Assembly (NCBI GenBank): GCA_038496445.1
Contig: JALMLS010000076.1
Coordinates: 1-64,000 of the forward strand
Direction of reading: 5' to 3'
DNA: 64,000 bases
Source: Trichosphaerium sp. ATCC 40318
Taxonomy: Eukaryota > Protista > Tubulinea
The notes under the pieces are model-generated. The model saw nothing but the letters and a program-made list of their open reading frames with translations, did not search any database and was not told the origin of the DNA. Made by a program: the position numbers and the translations under genes. Below, one piece after another: positions 21,814 through 36,058 of the stretch; positions within the stretch are counted from its first letter, which is position 1; the number at the start of each line of letters is the position of its first letter.

Positions 21814-23212
21814 ATGAACTGTTCGTACTATTCCATCGTTATAGCAGCCTTGATAGTCTTATGTGTCTGTACGTATCACTTACCTTGTATTGGTTTGCTC
21901 TTTCGGCCGAACTTTTATAACCAAACTAAGACCATTATTAGCGCAACAAAGCGCGCCGCAGTGTGCAACTCCATGTGACCCTAATAATGTCAACAGTGTT
22001 GCGCAACTAAACTTCGAACCTGTCGACGCAGTAGCACCTACCTGCGCCCTAGACGGCACTGGAATGGGCGTATGGTCATTCAGCGGCACCAAGTTAATTT
22101 TGTCTTCAACAAAAACCCTATTCATGGGTTGCAAAGGTACGTTCTGTATGATTTTATCGTTTTATAAGCGTAAACTCGAAACATCGAATACTAGCAAAAC
22201 AAGTATTATTTCAGCCCTATTTAAATGTACAAGCGAGCCCATACTCTTACGGGACTAACGCAAGTAAACATCTGTTACATTACAACATCGCAATTGCAAA
22301 CAGAACAGTTTTAAAAGTTTTTCTTTGTTTGTGACGTCTAATGGTTTACTGCAGAGAAATTGGTTCTTCAAACAGTACGCCTTGGGATTACCTTTAACTT
22401 TTGACACTAACTGCAGGGTCAAACACTCGAGATTGCTGCGAACACTAACACCAGCATGGAATTCAATATCATTTCCACAGTGAGTATCACTAAAACTTCG
22501 CACTGGTTCCACCAAAGGGGCTCAGTAATATTCAAGTACCACTAACGCTTGCATAGGACGCATCTACAAACTCACTTACGTTCATTACAAATAATCCAAT
22601 AGAGATGCTTCCTGGTTCTTTCCTTAGCATCCTCTCAACTGAAACTGCGAACTTTATTGCTGTACCAAGACTTATTGAACTTCCCCCAAGTGCGCTAGGC
22701 TTATAATAATGGTTTCTGATGTAATTATAGATACCAGAGTTCCAGGCGCTCAAACAACTTTTATTGGTTTTAGAAATGGCACTCAGGCTGCCAGTATTCT
22801 CGGCGGTGTATTTTTTTCAGGCTTGGTTCAATTTGAAAATGATAACAAGTGCCTTGCATTCTCTGCAGCTACTGATACACCTTCCAGCCCTCAATGTATG
22901 CGCTTCTAAATCACTGCTGTGTTCTTAAATATTACTAGGGCGTGTTATCACGGCAAGTACAGGCGCAGAAGTAGGTGTTGGTATCGCCATAGCTGTTGTT
23001 GTAGACCCAGACGATCCTTGTGATCCAAACACCGGTTCTCAGGCTTTTATTGAGGCACCTGGTCGTATATACGTTCCAGTTCTCCTTGGCATTATTGGTG
23101 TAATTGGTACGTTTCGAGCAAGGATTGTTCACTTTCCGCAATCTTACCTGGTGTTGTAGCTCTGATTGCGCTCGTTGGTATGCTTGTGTATTATTTCAAG
23201 TTTTTGAATTAG
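21814..23212 (+). CDS. Cys-containing single-pass membrane/secreted hypothetical protein
   Basis: Signal peptide MNCSYYSIVIAALIVLCVS. C-terminal TM segment VPVLLGIIGVIALIALVGMLVYYF. Internal exons only partly resolved. Confidence 0.55.
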
Positions 23213-23593
23213 TGATCCATAAACAGCTCACAAGATCTCATGTTCATTTCATACACTCATTTATTAAATAAAACGTATTTGAGTTTATGTACTAAACTCC
23301 AGGTTTTCTGGGCTTACGCTACGTCAAAAATCAAAACGACAGTTCAGTTGTGAAATACCGTATAAAGTTTGTGCTGTTCAGTGAAGCAATTGTAGTGTAT
23401 TGCAACTTGACAGTGTGTTCTTCGTACTTGGACAATTTAAAGTAGTACCAAAGTATGACCTGGGTTTTCGTTGGCGGGTGGTAAAACGTAATCGAAAAGA
23501 GGTTGACGTTTTCGTAGTTTGTCTACGGTTTAAGTCAGATTCTTGATTAGGCATTCTACGAAAAGTAATGAGAAAGGCGGGTGAAGTTTAATT

Positions 23594-26500
23594 ATGTCTA
23601 ATCGCAAGCGAGCTGGTGATAGCTTGAACCACAGCGCAAAACGAGCGCGCACTTCTATGACAGGCGGTTTTTCAAAAATATGTACGAACAAAATGCTTGA
23701 ATACGTTGTATTTGTATTGGAATTAATTATGGATACGATATAAAGCGCCTACGAGTCAATCATCCCAAACTATGCCTGAAGACGATCAATTAACCCCAGA
23801 ACAAATCAAGCGTGTACACAAAAGTATTATAGTAAACACAGTAGTACTAATTGAGAATCTCAGATCGAAGAGAACCGTAAACGCGCCCTAATGCTCCGAA
23901 AGCAGAAAGAAGCCAATAGATTCTATCAAAAACCTCAAATAGTGCGTTTTTTTTGAATTGTGCCGCCAATAATTATAATTCCACCTACTCTTGTTTGTGT
24001 GTTCTTGTGGTTACCGTAACAAACGCTAAAAACCTTTTAGGCTAGAACAAGTCCTAAATCATTAGCAAAACTCAGTCCCAAGGTAAAGCAGCAAACTAAG
24101 ATACATGGCTTCTTTAGTCCAAATAAAAATAGACCGACAGTTCCATCAGCCGTTGGATCACGTGGTGCTAACCGAACACGCTCTCCAGTACAAAGAAAAC
24201 TTGGCTTTTCAAAAGCAGCCTCACCAAGTCAGTCAACCACCTCACAATCTACCCAACAGTTTATGTCTGAAGGGAGTAATACTGAGAGTACTGTGTACAT
24301 TGATAACTCTCAGAGCAATGTAGGTCACAGTCAGGGTATTGATACAATGGAAACAACACAATATGGTAGGGCTTTTTTTTATAAGCACATAATTTTTTGT
24401 ATCTTCTGACGCTACTTAGATTCTGTTACAACAACAGAACCCCTAGCACCAACACCTATGGATATAGATAGTTCGCAGGTAGTTTTTGATGATGACGAGG
24501 ACGAGTTTGTGTTGACTGCGAATGTTGAAGCACCTACCCGATCGAAGCTTATGAACTTGACTCTTGGGGTAAAAGCGTTTCTTTTGCAATATTATAATTA
24601 ACCTAAAAAAGGGACGTGGAATACCTGATACGCACGCCAGTATAAAGAGCCGTCGAGAACTCATTCAAATGAAAGATCAAGAGCAACTTGATCGCAAACC
24701 AGATTGGTTGAAGAACCCACGTGATTCCAAAAAGAGAAGGCCAGGTTGGAGAGGAATTGTACTGCCTTTTGTCTCATTTTGGGTTGTAGGTGATCCAGGA
24801 TATGACAAAACTACTTTGTACATTTCTGCCGCTGATAGACAGAAACTTAGTGAGGCAAAGAAGCAATATTGGGATGTTAAAAAAGAACGTTTTGATCAAG
24901 GCAAGTACAAGTGTTTTTTTTTGTTGGTGCATTGATGGTTTATCTAGTTATTTTCTTTCAACAAGGGAGCTTTTATAACTTGTTCGGGCCTGACGCAGAC
25001 ATTGGCGTTGAAAAATTAGGTCTTAAGTATAACCCCAAGCTGATGAGTGTTGGATTCAACATCAACGATGCACAAAAATGGACTCAAAAGTATATGAGCC
25101 TGGGGTACGTATTTTTTCAAATTCCGTAGGTTGCGTACTTTTAGTATCTTTGTAAGTCTTAGGTTAATCCAATAAAAAGGTACAAGGTAGTTTTGGTAGA
25201 TCAAAAGACTACAGCAAAAACAGAGAGTGAAAAGCTTGCAAAATCTAACAAGAAAAAGAAGACAAAAAAGTCAGAGCAACGTCACATTGCCAGCACCCTT
25301 ACAATTGGCACCATTTGTGATTTTGATTTGCTTACTAACCACGAACCGAATATTTTGTTTGTGATACGGGTAATCTTAAAAGAAATTACCGACTTGCTTT
25401 GCGTTTTGTCACTCATCAGATCTTGTAGGAAACCAAAGAGGAAAACTCCAAAGTCCCAACTTACGGAATTTGTTTCATTGACTCTGCAACGTGCAGGTAC
25501 GATATTCTTATTCTTCTAATAAGCTCCATCACATGTTAATGAATAAATAGTGTTGGTTTCACTGAGTTTGAAGATGATACTAAGTCAACGCATCTTGAAA
25601 CAATGTTGCTGAGGCTGCGTCCAAAAGAAGTTCTCTCTGAACAGGTTGGTTCCCAAAAACGTCAATTATCTCTTTTCACTAACTATGTACAAGGGAAACC
25701 TCTCTAGCATTACATCTAAGCTTTTATCGCTGTATTGCCCAGCTAATGTTTGCATGTCATACACTTTTTTTGATACAGAAGAAAACGCTCAAGAAATTTT
25801 TGACATGCAACAAAACTTCTTTAGCGACAATGCTTGTACGCTCATGCCGTAAGCTTTAGTACTTACTGTATACAATAGTGCCAAAGTCCTTCAATCGATT
25901 ACGCAAGCATAACAAAGCCACAGTTGCAGTAGCGGGAGCATTTGCATATCTAAGAGAGGTTTGTTTTATTTTTTTTTATCAACGTCCAAATAGTAACTCG
26001 AACACCTAGCTCCGCATTGACGCAGAGATCCTACCTAGCGCTGAATTCTTCTATTATGATATTCACAACTCTGGCGTTCACCTTGTATTAGATGCTGTTG
26101 CATTATTTAATCTTGAGATACTGCGCAATACAGACAATGGTGGAAGGAAAGGCACATTGATAAATTTAGTGGATCATTGTAATACTTTCTTTGGAAAAAG
26201 GTACCAGTCCACAATTACCTTGAAATGGCTTGGTTTTTTACTCTTTCGAATAAGGCTCATCGAACAATGGGTTACCCATCCACTTCAACACATAGATTCT
26301 ATTGTTGCAAGGCAGCACGCTGTAAAGCACTTAATAGAAGACAATGCGTTTCGTTGCTCTATAGAAGAGAATATCAATAAGTTACCAGACTTACAGCGCA
26401 TGTGTGCACGTGCTTCAGGTGGCCGTATAGATCTCAAAGGTTTTATCAAATTTATAGAAGGGATGGAAGTTCTGCATGTACGAACTGAAACCAGTTGTAA

Positions 26501-28404
26501 ATCCTACTACAAAATCTAAATTCTGCTATGCGCTTAGATGCTCGTGGACATGCTACGACGCGATTTTCAGTGCGACGAATTACCAGGGCGTCTTCATGGG
26601 CTCTTAGCTAGCTTTCCACAGCAACAACTGAGTGAATTTTTTGCTACATTTTCTTTTGATAGAGAGAAAGCCAAATCTGATAGTAAGTACAACAAGTGCG
26701 ATCACGTGACTAATCAAACACGCAAGATAAGATCACTCCAAATGCTGGTGATATTGCGGAGTATGATGAAATAATTGAAGAGAAGTCAATGCTAGAGGAT
26801 CAATTCGACTCTTTCCTTAGGAGTGCCAAAAAAGCTACTGGTATTGCTGACCTGGTGTACCATCATTCAAAAACAGAACACTACACAGTCAAAGTTAAAA
26901 AGCGATCAAAAGCAGGAAAGAGAATACCTGATGACTGGATAAAGATTGGCAACACTAAGGTATTTTGAGTGTATACTGGCTATGTATCTCTAAACATTTG
27001 CTTAAGTCAGAAGAGCGCTATGATACACCTACAACGCTTTCATTATTTGAACAAATGACATCTGTATACGAACGCGAGGATTTATTCCAAAAGACTTTAT
27101 TGAGCGCCTATCTTACTCGATTCGAATCTGAAGGATTTGCATTGCAGTGCAGGAGGTACCATGATTTCATTTATGAAGAATTCCGTATCAATTCATCCTT
27201 AGAGCTATTCACCTCGTGGCAGAGCTTGATGCATTGATAAGCCTAGCTCACATACCGGTTATTCTAGGTACAAATTTTTCTAGTACCTTTGGCTGTATTT
27301 CTAAATTGACTTGTTTAATAGATGGGACGAATTGCTTCCCTAAGTTCGTTACAGATGTACCGAACATGTTTTCAGTAAAAGGTACTTTTTAATACGAGCG
27401 ATGATTGATAGTATGTACTCTAGTATATCTGACACTTATTTAAAAGGCATGTACCATCCGTATGTGACGCCAGCAGGGGATAGTTTCATTCCTAATGACC
27501 TAACACTTGGAGGTGGCGCGCCACCAGCAATGCTAATTACAGGACCTAATATGGGTGGTAAATCAACACTGCTTCGTCAAGTTTGTATATTGTGTATACT
27601 GGCACAAATAGGCGCGCCAGTGCCTGCACAAGAAGCGATCATATCTCCAATCGATAGAATCTTCACACGGCTAGGTACTGGTTTGTTATTCTATTTTTGG
27701 TAATCTCTATGTAAGGCGCACACGATAATATTTTCGCTGGGCAATCAACATTCATGGTCGAGCTGGAAGAAACAGCTAAGATGTTGAATTATGCTAGTGA
27801 GCGTTCTTTGATAATTCTTGATGAGCTTGGACGTGGCACAAGTACTTTTGATGGGTATAGGCTTTAGCTCTTGCCACAACCTAATAGATTCTTAGGTATG
27901 CCATTGCACTGTCTGTTTTAACACATTTGCGTGATAAAACCAGCCGTGTATTATTCTCCACCCACTACCACCGATTGACGGATGAGTTTGAAGGCTCTGA
28001 TGGTGTATCATTGGGGCATCTAGCTAGTGAGAAGAATGAAGAGTGAGTATTCGGAATTAAGAAACTGTTTCTTTCTTACTTTGTTTACAAGGACTGGAGA
28101 CATGACATTTTTATACCAACTCCGCAGTGGTGCAGCGTCGAGATCCTATGGAATGGATGTGGCACAGATGGCTAATTTGCCACAACAAGTCATAGACACA
28201 GCAGGAGTCATGGCTCAGAAGTTTGTACAAATCTCACAACACACGTACGAACTTGATTAAAATATAATATCTTGCAGTTTTCTTACGTCGGTTGAACTTA
28301 TTAGATTCACGTGGAAACTTGAGAGGAAGGCCAAACTTTTACAAGATATTATAGAAAGCAAGTCTAAGTACGATGTAGAACAGTATTGGCATCAATGTAA
28401 ATAG
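23594..28404 (+). CDS. MSH6: DNA mismatch repair protein MSH6-like
   Basis: PIP box QTKIHGFF; [11 protein letters not shown]...[22 protein letters not shown]; Walker [15 protein letters not shown]; STFMVEL; [13 protein letters not shown]; FSTHYH; FLYQL..G...SYG. Confidence 0.95.
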
Positions 28405-28761
28405 AATAAAAAGACTACCCGAAGAATCACAGTCCATGCGTTTCGCAGAGATTTTTTTTTTATTCTCCTTGGTTTGGTCAGAAGTGAATGTTTTTGTGCG
28501 GTCCTTTGGCGTCGGTTTGTAACGCGTTTCAAGGAGTTGAATATACGGAGGCCGTTAAACAACCGGTACATACACCCTGGTACGTTTAAGGCCAAAGAGT
28601 CAAGTAGAATTGACGCTCTCCAAAATCTTAAAATAAACGCACCAAAACGTGTCGTAAACGGTTCAAAGCGCGTAAGCCATGCATTTGAAAGCCTACAGAG
28701 TTTTGTTCGTGTCGGTTTTAATCAAAATGTCAGTTAAATTCTATGTAGGACCTTACAATCC

Positions 28762-29384
28762 ATGCCAACAGAACTATTAAACCTGTTCGTGAAACTCTTA
28801 TGCAAAATAACCGCTTGTTGAAATAACGAACACCATTTTAGCATATACGCGCACGCCGATAAAGAAATCTACCGCCTTTGGCCCTTGCTGTGTCATAAAT
28901 TTGCTTCATCCAGTAGATTCAACTATACGCTAGACAAACACGGTAAGAATGGTGAGTTTTTAGTCACGTGATTAAACAGCAATAAATAGGTGACTGGAAG
29001 AAATGGCACAAAAATGGGAATATCCATGTTATTTGTCCTTTCAAAAAAGGACTCAATGATGGTTGGATGAGAGAGTGGCTTCTCAATGGTAAATTTAATG
29101 GAGAGATTCTATTTTCTAAAGGCGTAGCCACTGAGATTCAGTTTTCTACACCACCTAGCTGTAAAAAAGAAGAAGTTGATAGAAGTATCGTACTTGACAC
29201 AGACAATGATAAGAAGCTTATAAATGGATATACGATATCCGGTCATGTAAAAAACTTAGCTAACCATGTTGCCGCATGTGTCTCAATGCCAGAAGTAGCA
29301 CCAGAGAAGTGGTGGCAAGACTTTGATAGGTCTATAAAGGAGTATTTTTCAGGCGTACCTATGTCGCACCGTAAATCGTTGTAA
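28762..29384 (+). CDS. F-box-like + MORN2-repeat protein (paralog of 13802-14438)
   Basis: Spliced MPTELLNLIYAHADKEIYRLWPLLCHKFASSSRFNYTLDKHGKNGDWKKWHKNG. The start may lie further upstream. Confidence 0.65.
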
Positions 29385-29707
29385 TCATATTGTGGAAGAA
29401 TAACAATTGGCAAAGTGGATTTGGCATTGCTGTTCTGTCCTATCAAGTGTACGTGAAGGTTCCAGACCTTATGGCAATCCACAGGAATTGTATTCTCATT
29501 GTAAATAATAAAACGTGTGCTCGCTGAGCAAACTCAGTAGCGTGATTGCATGACAGCAAAAACCCAGTATAATGTATGTGCGATTACTTTTTGCGGGATG
29601 AGACGATTTTGTGGCAGTCAGCTAAAATGTTAGTTAAAAATGTAGGTACTGCAGTTGCTATAACTACATTTTATTTTGAGGGTTGTACAATTGGCTTATA
29701 TTCTGTT

Positions 29708-30296
29708 TCATTGTATACTCTCACATTGCTTAAATAGCTCCTGTATTCTTTTGAAATTTGCTCCCAAGTCGCTTTTACCTTTCCTAGAGCATGATCGGGC
29801 ATCTACTAACGACTCTAAACAATACATGTTAGATTCGTAAAATAGTTCAAAAACTTGTTAAAAAATCTGCAGGAATTTTACGTTTACGGAAAACTATGTT
29901 TGTACAAACAATAAAAAATACGTACCATCTTCTGATGCGCCTTGTTTTATCCTTATTACAGCATCATCGGAGAATTTCATTACAGCCGTTGTAGCAACGA
30001 ATTCAATGTGGTAGACGCCCTCTAATATGTTGGTAAGCGTATATATGGCGTCGGATAGGGTTTTTACCGTTTTCTTCGTTTTTTGTTAGTTTCCATCCAG
30101 AATGCCCCTTTATAAAGCTCACTAGTGTATTGTAAACTGTCTCTGGCGAGTGAGGGTATGTTTGAGTTTTTAGAGTGGGATATTTGCTTTTTACTGCCTC
30201 TACAAGAGATTTATCGTATTCTGGCACTGAAACTGAGCTGTATTGCAGTGGTTCGTCAGGGCACGTTGTAACATCATGTATTAAAGCACCGCCCAT
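29708..30296 (-). CDS. DUF1499 family protein
   Basis: IHDVTT; F.DD.VIR; VDARSCSRKGKSDLGANFKRI. Confidence 0.8.
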
Positions 30297-30803
30297 TGTG
30301 GCTATTGAGGTGTTGTTGGTGGAACGGTTTGAAATTTTGTAAGCCAAAAAAAGTTAAGCCAGGGTCATGATTTATCCGATCGGAGATTCTAATACGCGAC
30401 GGGTCGGTGTGTTGTCACCAACGACGCGCAGCAATGGCTTGTTCATAGTGTAAGTACATTTTTTTGTCGACTTTATTACCAATATTCCGCCAATAGGCCC
30501 GCCAGATGTAACACGTGATGATGTTGTTCTACGCCATAGTTACAACATCACTAACTGCTACATACGTGATCCAGTACAAATAATTTCGCGCTGACTCCAT
30601 AGTTTATGCTGAATACATTTTCCAAAATGGCGCATGTTAAAATCTACTTATGTGTTTGTCGCACCGTCCCCACAGTGTGACTTTGCAATTGAATTGCACT
30701 TTACACCCTTGGCGGTTTGGCTACTATGAACACTACCGATTTGTTGTTCTGCACACTTAACTGATTAAGCACTTTCCTGTTTTATTGGAGCTGTTAACAC
30801 TGT

Positions 30804-33347
30804 ATGGCTGCGACTATGGACCACCCTCTTGCTATTAAACCAGAAGAGGAAGACGTCACTACGAATGAAAACGGGGACGAAACACAGCCACAAGAGACTA
30901 CATCAAGTCCTGAATTGGCAACAGCCTCAACAGAGGAGCCAGAATTTCCTCCCAAGCCTACACTGTGGCGAAGGTCTGTAGGTGGAAAAAGCAGGCGTCA
31001 CGCGAGATCATTTGACCCAACCACTATCCCTAAGGTAGACACGGGTGGTACGCCTTTATTTTTCAGATTAGGATTAATTTATGAGCAGGACAATCCAAAG
31101 CGGTACCAAACGGTGCAACCGAAGATAAAGGAGAAGAAAACAGCGCCTCAGAAGACTCAGCACCAATGCTTGTAAAAAAGTCGAGCAATGGCAACTTTAT
31201 GACTTCTTTGCGTTCTAGAGTACGTAATTGCTTGTGGTGTAGAAAAGCACTCTTATTTTGAGTTACTGCGCATTAACCAAATTAAAAAACGCGATTAGTA
31301 CAAAAAAAAAAAACCGATTTAACGACCTACAAAAATACTCTTGTGCTAAACGCAGTCTTAGTTCAGCATATCGTACGGCACAGGTAATAAAAAGCGCCAT
31401 ACAGTAACGCCATCGACTGGTGGCAGCCCTTCCCCGCGAACACGGAGCTCTAGTAGACCTAGTACGCGTGAAGAACGCAGAAAGCGACAAGAAAACGTTT
31501 ACAATGATTATTTGCAACAAAGCGCAATCGAGGACTTTTCTGACATTCAGAAGCTCGATATAGTTTATTCTCCAGGTGAGTGTTTGTTTTTTTGATCTTC
31601 TTTTTGTTTCTGAAAACCTAAACACGCCAAACGCTTTTTCGTTTTGCTCTTCGCCGTAAGATGTGGTGTTAATTAATACTTTTCAGGAAGAGATTTCGCG
31701 AACAGGCCGATTATTGTTGTGATAGCGGCCAAATTACCAGCGAGAACACTCAACATGGAGCGTTTGTTACTGTACTTTATTAAGGCACGTTTTTAAAACC
31801 AGCCAAAAGCTTTTTCTATCGATTTTTTTTTGATTTTTTATTTTCTTTTATTCTACCCGTGCCTGTAAAAGACGTATGTTGAGCTTTATAGGATATACGC
31901 GCTACAGTTTTTAGTATCGAATTCACATTTAAGGCGGTGTATTTTACTCATAGGAAGTACCCTGTCTTTCGATATTTTGTTTTCAAAAAAAATCAAAAAG
32001 TTTATTTTTGGCTTGTAAAGAAAATTAGTTTATGTGTTAATATAACAATATAGGTACTCGATCCTATCGTAATAGAAGATTATGTTCTTGTTTACGTGCA
32101 CACGAATATGTCAAAACAGAACAAACCAACATTCAGTTGGTTGAAGCGCGCCTACAATATATTTAATAGAAAGTAAGTTTTTCCACTGTTTTTTTAGTTT
32201 GACTCCGATCTTTTTAGTCCCTCTAACTTACCTTCTGTTATTAAATAGGTACAAAAAGAATTTGAAGCAGTTGTATATTCTTCAGCCTACATTCTTTGTC
32301 AAAACAATCATCACATGCGCAAAACCATTCCTCAGCAGCAAATTTTGGCGTAAACTTCATTACATTCGCGAACTAAAGGACTTTAATAAGTTTATGAGCT
32401 TAAACCAACTTAATCTTCCAACAGACATTGTAACGTACGTTAAATTATAAGAGTAAGCCAGTACAAAAACATCTTGTATTTTGTTTATTTGATTTCTTGA
32501 TTTTTCCAAATTAGGCAAGCGTGTCTAATCTGGAACTCAAAATCAAAACGTTAAGAAATAGCTTACTTACTTGCATGTTTTAGAGCAGCAAATTGCAGCG
32601 TAAAGAAAGAATTTGAAAAGCAAATATTTGGCGTAGACTTGGAGATTGTTTGTAAATTATACCCAGATACTGGAGGCATTCCAACTCCAGTACTTCATAC
32701 ATACGAGGTCATGCTTCAAAATGAGCTTTATCGTGTAGAAGGTATCTTCCGTGTCAATGGAAATAATCATCGAGTAAATGAGTTAAAGCAAAAGTACAAT
32801 AGAGGTACGTTAGGCGATGCCACTAAGTGTTTTTTTCTCCTTTTTTTTTTCATTTTAGGCTGACTCGCTTCAAGGAGAAGTAAAGAATTTGGTGGATGAA
32901 AAGGACGCTCATGTTATTGGATCCCTTTTGAAAGTATTTTTACGAGAATTGCCTGAACCACTATTCACTTACGACTTATATGATGACTTCATTGATGCCT
33001 TGGGTAAAAGCTCTTTTTCTTTTAATAACTTTTGTCCATTTAACCGCTAACTATTTTGTCAAGATGGATCAAATACAGAAAGTACAATTGCAAACATCCT
33101 AGTATTACTACCACAAATGCCAGACCCTAATCGTGCTGTTCTCAGAGCGCTATTGGCTCTATTGAAACAAGCTGAAGAGTGTGAGGATAATAAGATGAAT
33201 TCTGGAAACCTTGCAATTTGTATGGCGCCTAACCTATTTAGACCTCGCAATGATACTCCGCAAATTGTGTTCCAGCATGCTGCAGTGTATAATACCTTAC
33301 TACGTATAATGATTGATCACGCTCACGATTGCATTGGCGTACTATAA
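30804..33347 (+). CDS. BCH (CRAL-TRIO)-RhoGAP, ARHGAP1/8-like
   Basis: [21 protein letters not shown]...[30 protein letters not shown] domain [37 protein letters not shown]. Confidence 0.9.
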
Positions 33348-33863
33348 ACGAAAATTTATCACGTAACTGCGAACCTCCCTGTCCCTACTGAAAAAAAAAC
33401 CAACATTAATTTTTATGAATGTTGTCAAAAAATTGCATATAAAATTTATCTTTTTGTACTTGTCCAGTTTCTTTTGATCTGAGGAACGCCAGTTATGTTA
33501 TGCAATTACCTTTTTAAAGTAGGCGGATTCTAGAAATCGGGACTAGTCCATTTGTGCTTTGGGAAATTAATAGTATGTTGAATTGTCTGTTTCTTCAGGT
33601 GCGTTTCTGTGTATTGTAGTCCACAAAGGTACATTGCTGGCTGCTCGCTTGCAAAGAAATTTAAGTAGCTAATGTACTGACTGAAGCATACTGTGTTATT
33701 TAACATCTACAGCAGAAGTGAAAAATTGAATTTTTTTTTCTTTCATTATTTTTTTTACATTTACATAGGCAAGAATTAGTTGCTTGCACAGTTTGTTTTT
33801 CATCAAAAATTCTGTCACTATCCTATGTCTTTCCTGTGAAGTATAGTGTATCAAAACCTCACA

Positions 33864-35700
33864 TTACTCTGGCAAAGAAGAAGATGATGAAGAACTTTCT
33901 GTGAGCGCTTCTATATCAGCTTGTTGATTTGTTGCTATATCCGCAGGAGGAACAACAATGCTTTCACGTTTTTCAAGTGGTGTACGTGGTGTTGCAACTG
34001 AGTCATCATAAGCAGAATATCCAGTATCCTCAGTTTCTTTTGATGTTTGTTGAGACACGTGGTCTGTCCTCGCCTGTTTACAGTCATTTTTAGTAAGACT
34101 TATAAAAAAATATCTTGGCAGTCAGTTGTCTTCACATACCTGTTTCAAGCTCTGAACGTAGTTTGTTGTATAGTCTTCTTTACCGCTTATGAGCCCCCAT
34201 ATTGGTTTTACAAGAGGCGACCAGTAGAAGAATGAAATACCAACAATAATCTAAAACAATTGTAAACAAAAATAAATTAAAAACAGTCTAAATATTACAC
34301 ACCGAGAAGGTTAAAACAAATCGTGTGACCATCTTAATAGGTACAGATACATCCCAAATCTGTTTGGCTCCCCAAGAAAATGCATTTGCAATTGCTAATT
34401 CCAAGAGGTTAGAACAACGACAGGTAACAAAAAAAAAGCAACAAAGCTTGTACCCAAAAGTATGCAAATCCCAGCACCAATTTTTATAAGAGTATACTCA
34501 TAGTAGAACGTATTGATGTATTTTTTTGTAATACCAGATCTCTTTATCCACCACATTAATACTGTCATACCCAAGAAGACAACGATATAAAGTGCAACCA
34601 AAAAGAAGATTGTAAGTGTCCAAAAAATGCCTAATATGAAAAACATGAGTGACAGCTCATAGCTTTAAGCTATTATATAACATACCGTCATTCTTGCAAA
34701 TATCTTTCTCAGGATCAATCTAAACTCGACTTAATTCCAAGAGGGCCAAATAACAAACAGTGTCACAACTTTTTGTTGAATTGTTGACAAGTTACTAATT
34801 TTTTTTGTTTTTTTCAACTTACTTGGAATCCTTCAGCAACTGTAGCGACTATAGCGTAGATTACAAATGGGATATCCAGTCCACAAACCATCAATACAGT
34901 GTGGTAGTCTAAGATAAATAAGCAGATGCAATAATACAAGCCACATTTGCAAAACTTAAATTTTGGCGAAATTCTGTGTCAAAGAACTGGTTTGCGGTTA
35001 TGTGAAAAATGGAAATAATTATCGCGTTGGAGTTTCAACGCTGTGGGTGTTTTTAATAAAGCCTTCTTTCAATTTTATACCTTTAACTCGAAGTTTATAA
35101 TGGATGATCAAAAACAGACGCAATGGGCGCACTATAAGTGCAGAAACCCATAGTCCGAGCCCGAGTACTAGAAAAAAAAACTTTAGGCGAAAACCTAATA
35201 AAAAAAACGCGCGATTGCGCCATACCAAGTCCAAACCAGACTACAAAGGCGTTAGTACATACCAAAAATAAGCTTGCACGTACAAGTCCACAGAGGACAG
35301 ATTCCAAAAAACTGACCTAGTAGTAATGTTAAACTGATATGGTGAAGGGCACAGTTAACTTACCAGGATAAACAGACCAGTGGTTGTCGTTTAAGATCTA
35401 AATAACGTTTAGCGCATTTGGTTGCATAGAAAATGGGCTTACACTCGCAGTTATAAAGAATGAACCACCTATAGCGGTGAGAATGACAACCAAAGGTTGT
35501 TTGTGCTTTATCGGGTCCCAGTTGCGTAAAAACGCGACCAAGGGTATCGACAGAAGGATTATAAGGCTAGCAAACAATGCCTAAATTCTCATGAATTTAA
35601 AGCCTTCAACAAACCCTATTCGCACCAAAACTGTTATCAAAATATCTCCCCAATACCCCTTGTTGGCTTGGGCCTGTTCCGTCGTAAGCGTACTGTTCAT
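33864..35700 (-). CDS. Multi-pass (probably 7TM, GPCR-like) membrane protein
   Basis: Several hydrophobic exons; LRNWDPIKHKQPLVVIL after TM1 resembles the class-C/7TM-RGS PIKxRSP motif; Ser/acidic cytoplasmic tail. Confidence 0.55.
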
Positions 35701-36058
35701 TTCGGGCCGAGTCTTTAACAAACCAGCACTAAGCCATTTTTTTTTTTTGACATTAAGTTGCCTCGCCTGTCAGCCCACGTGTCAGTTAAAACACAAAGTT
35801 TTTAATTTGAGCGTTATCTCAGTATGCTCCATATTTTGCTTTTTTGCCTACTTTCTTTGCACGAGCGAGGTTTCGCGTGGAAAACTTGAACATTTCAGAA
35901 CGTTTAATTGTAAAAATCAGCGCGTGTCACTACTGTTGTGTTACCACTTGGAGTAATGTGCTGACTCTAGATCGTACAAACATCAAATTCAACAAATTAC
36001 TTAAAGTTAGTCAACCTCTCGCTTTAAGCGGTTCCAAATCATTTGTATTTGTTCTATC

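Noticed and set aside
30516-30594. Possible C/D box snoRNA (GTGATGA...CTGA, with TAATTTCGCG resembling an SSU rRNA guide)
   Set aside because: The guide does not match the canonical rRNA target exactly, no terminal stem is evident, and the C box overlaps a common CACGTG motif. Unsupported without the host rRNA or a covariance search.
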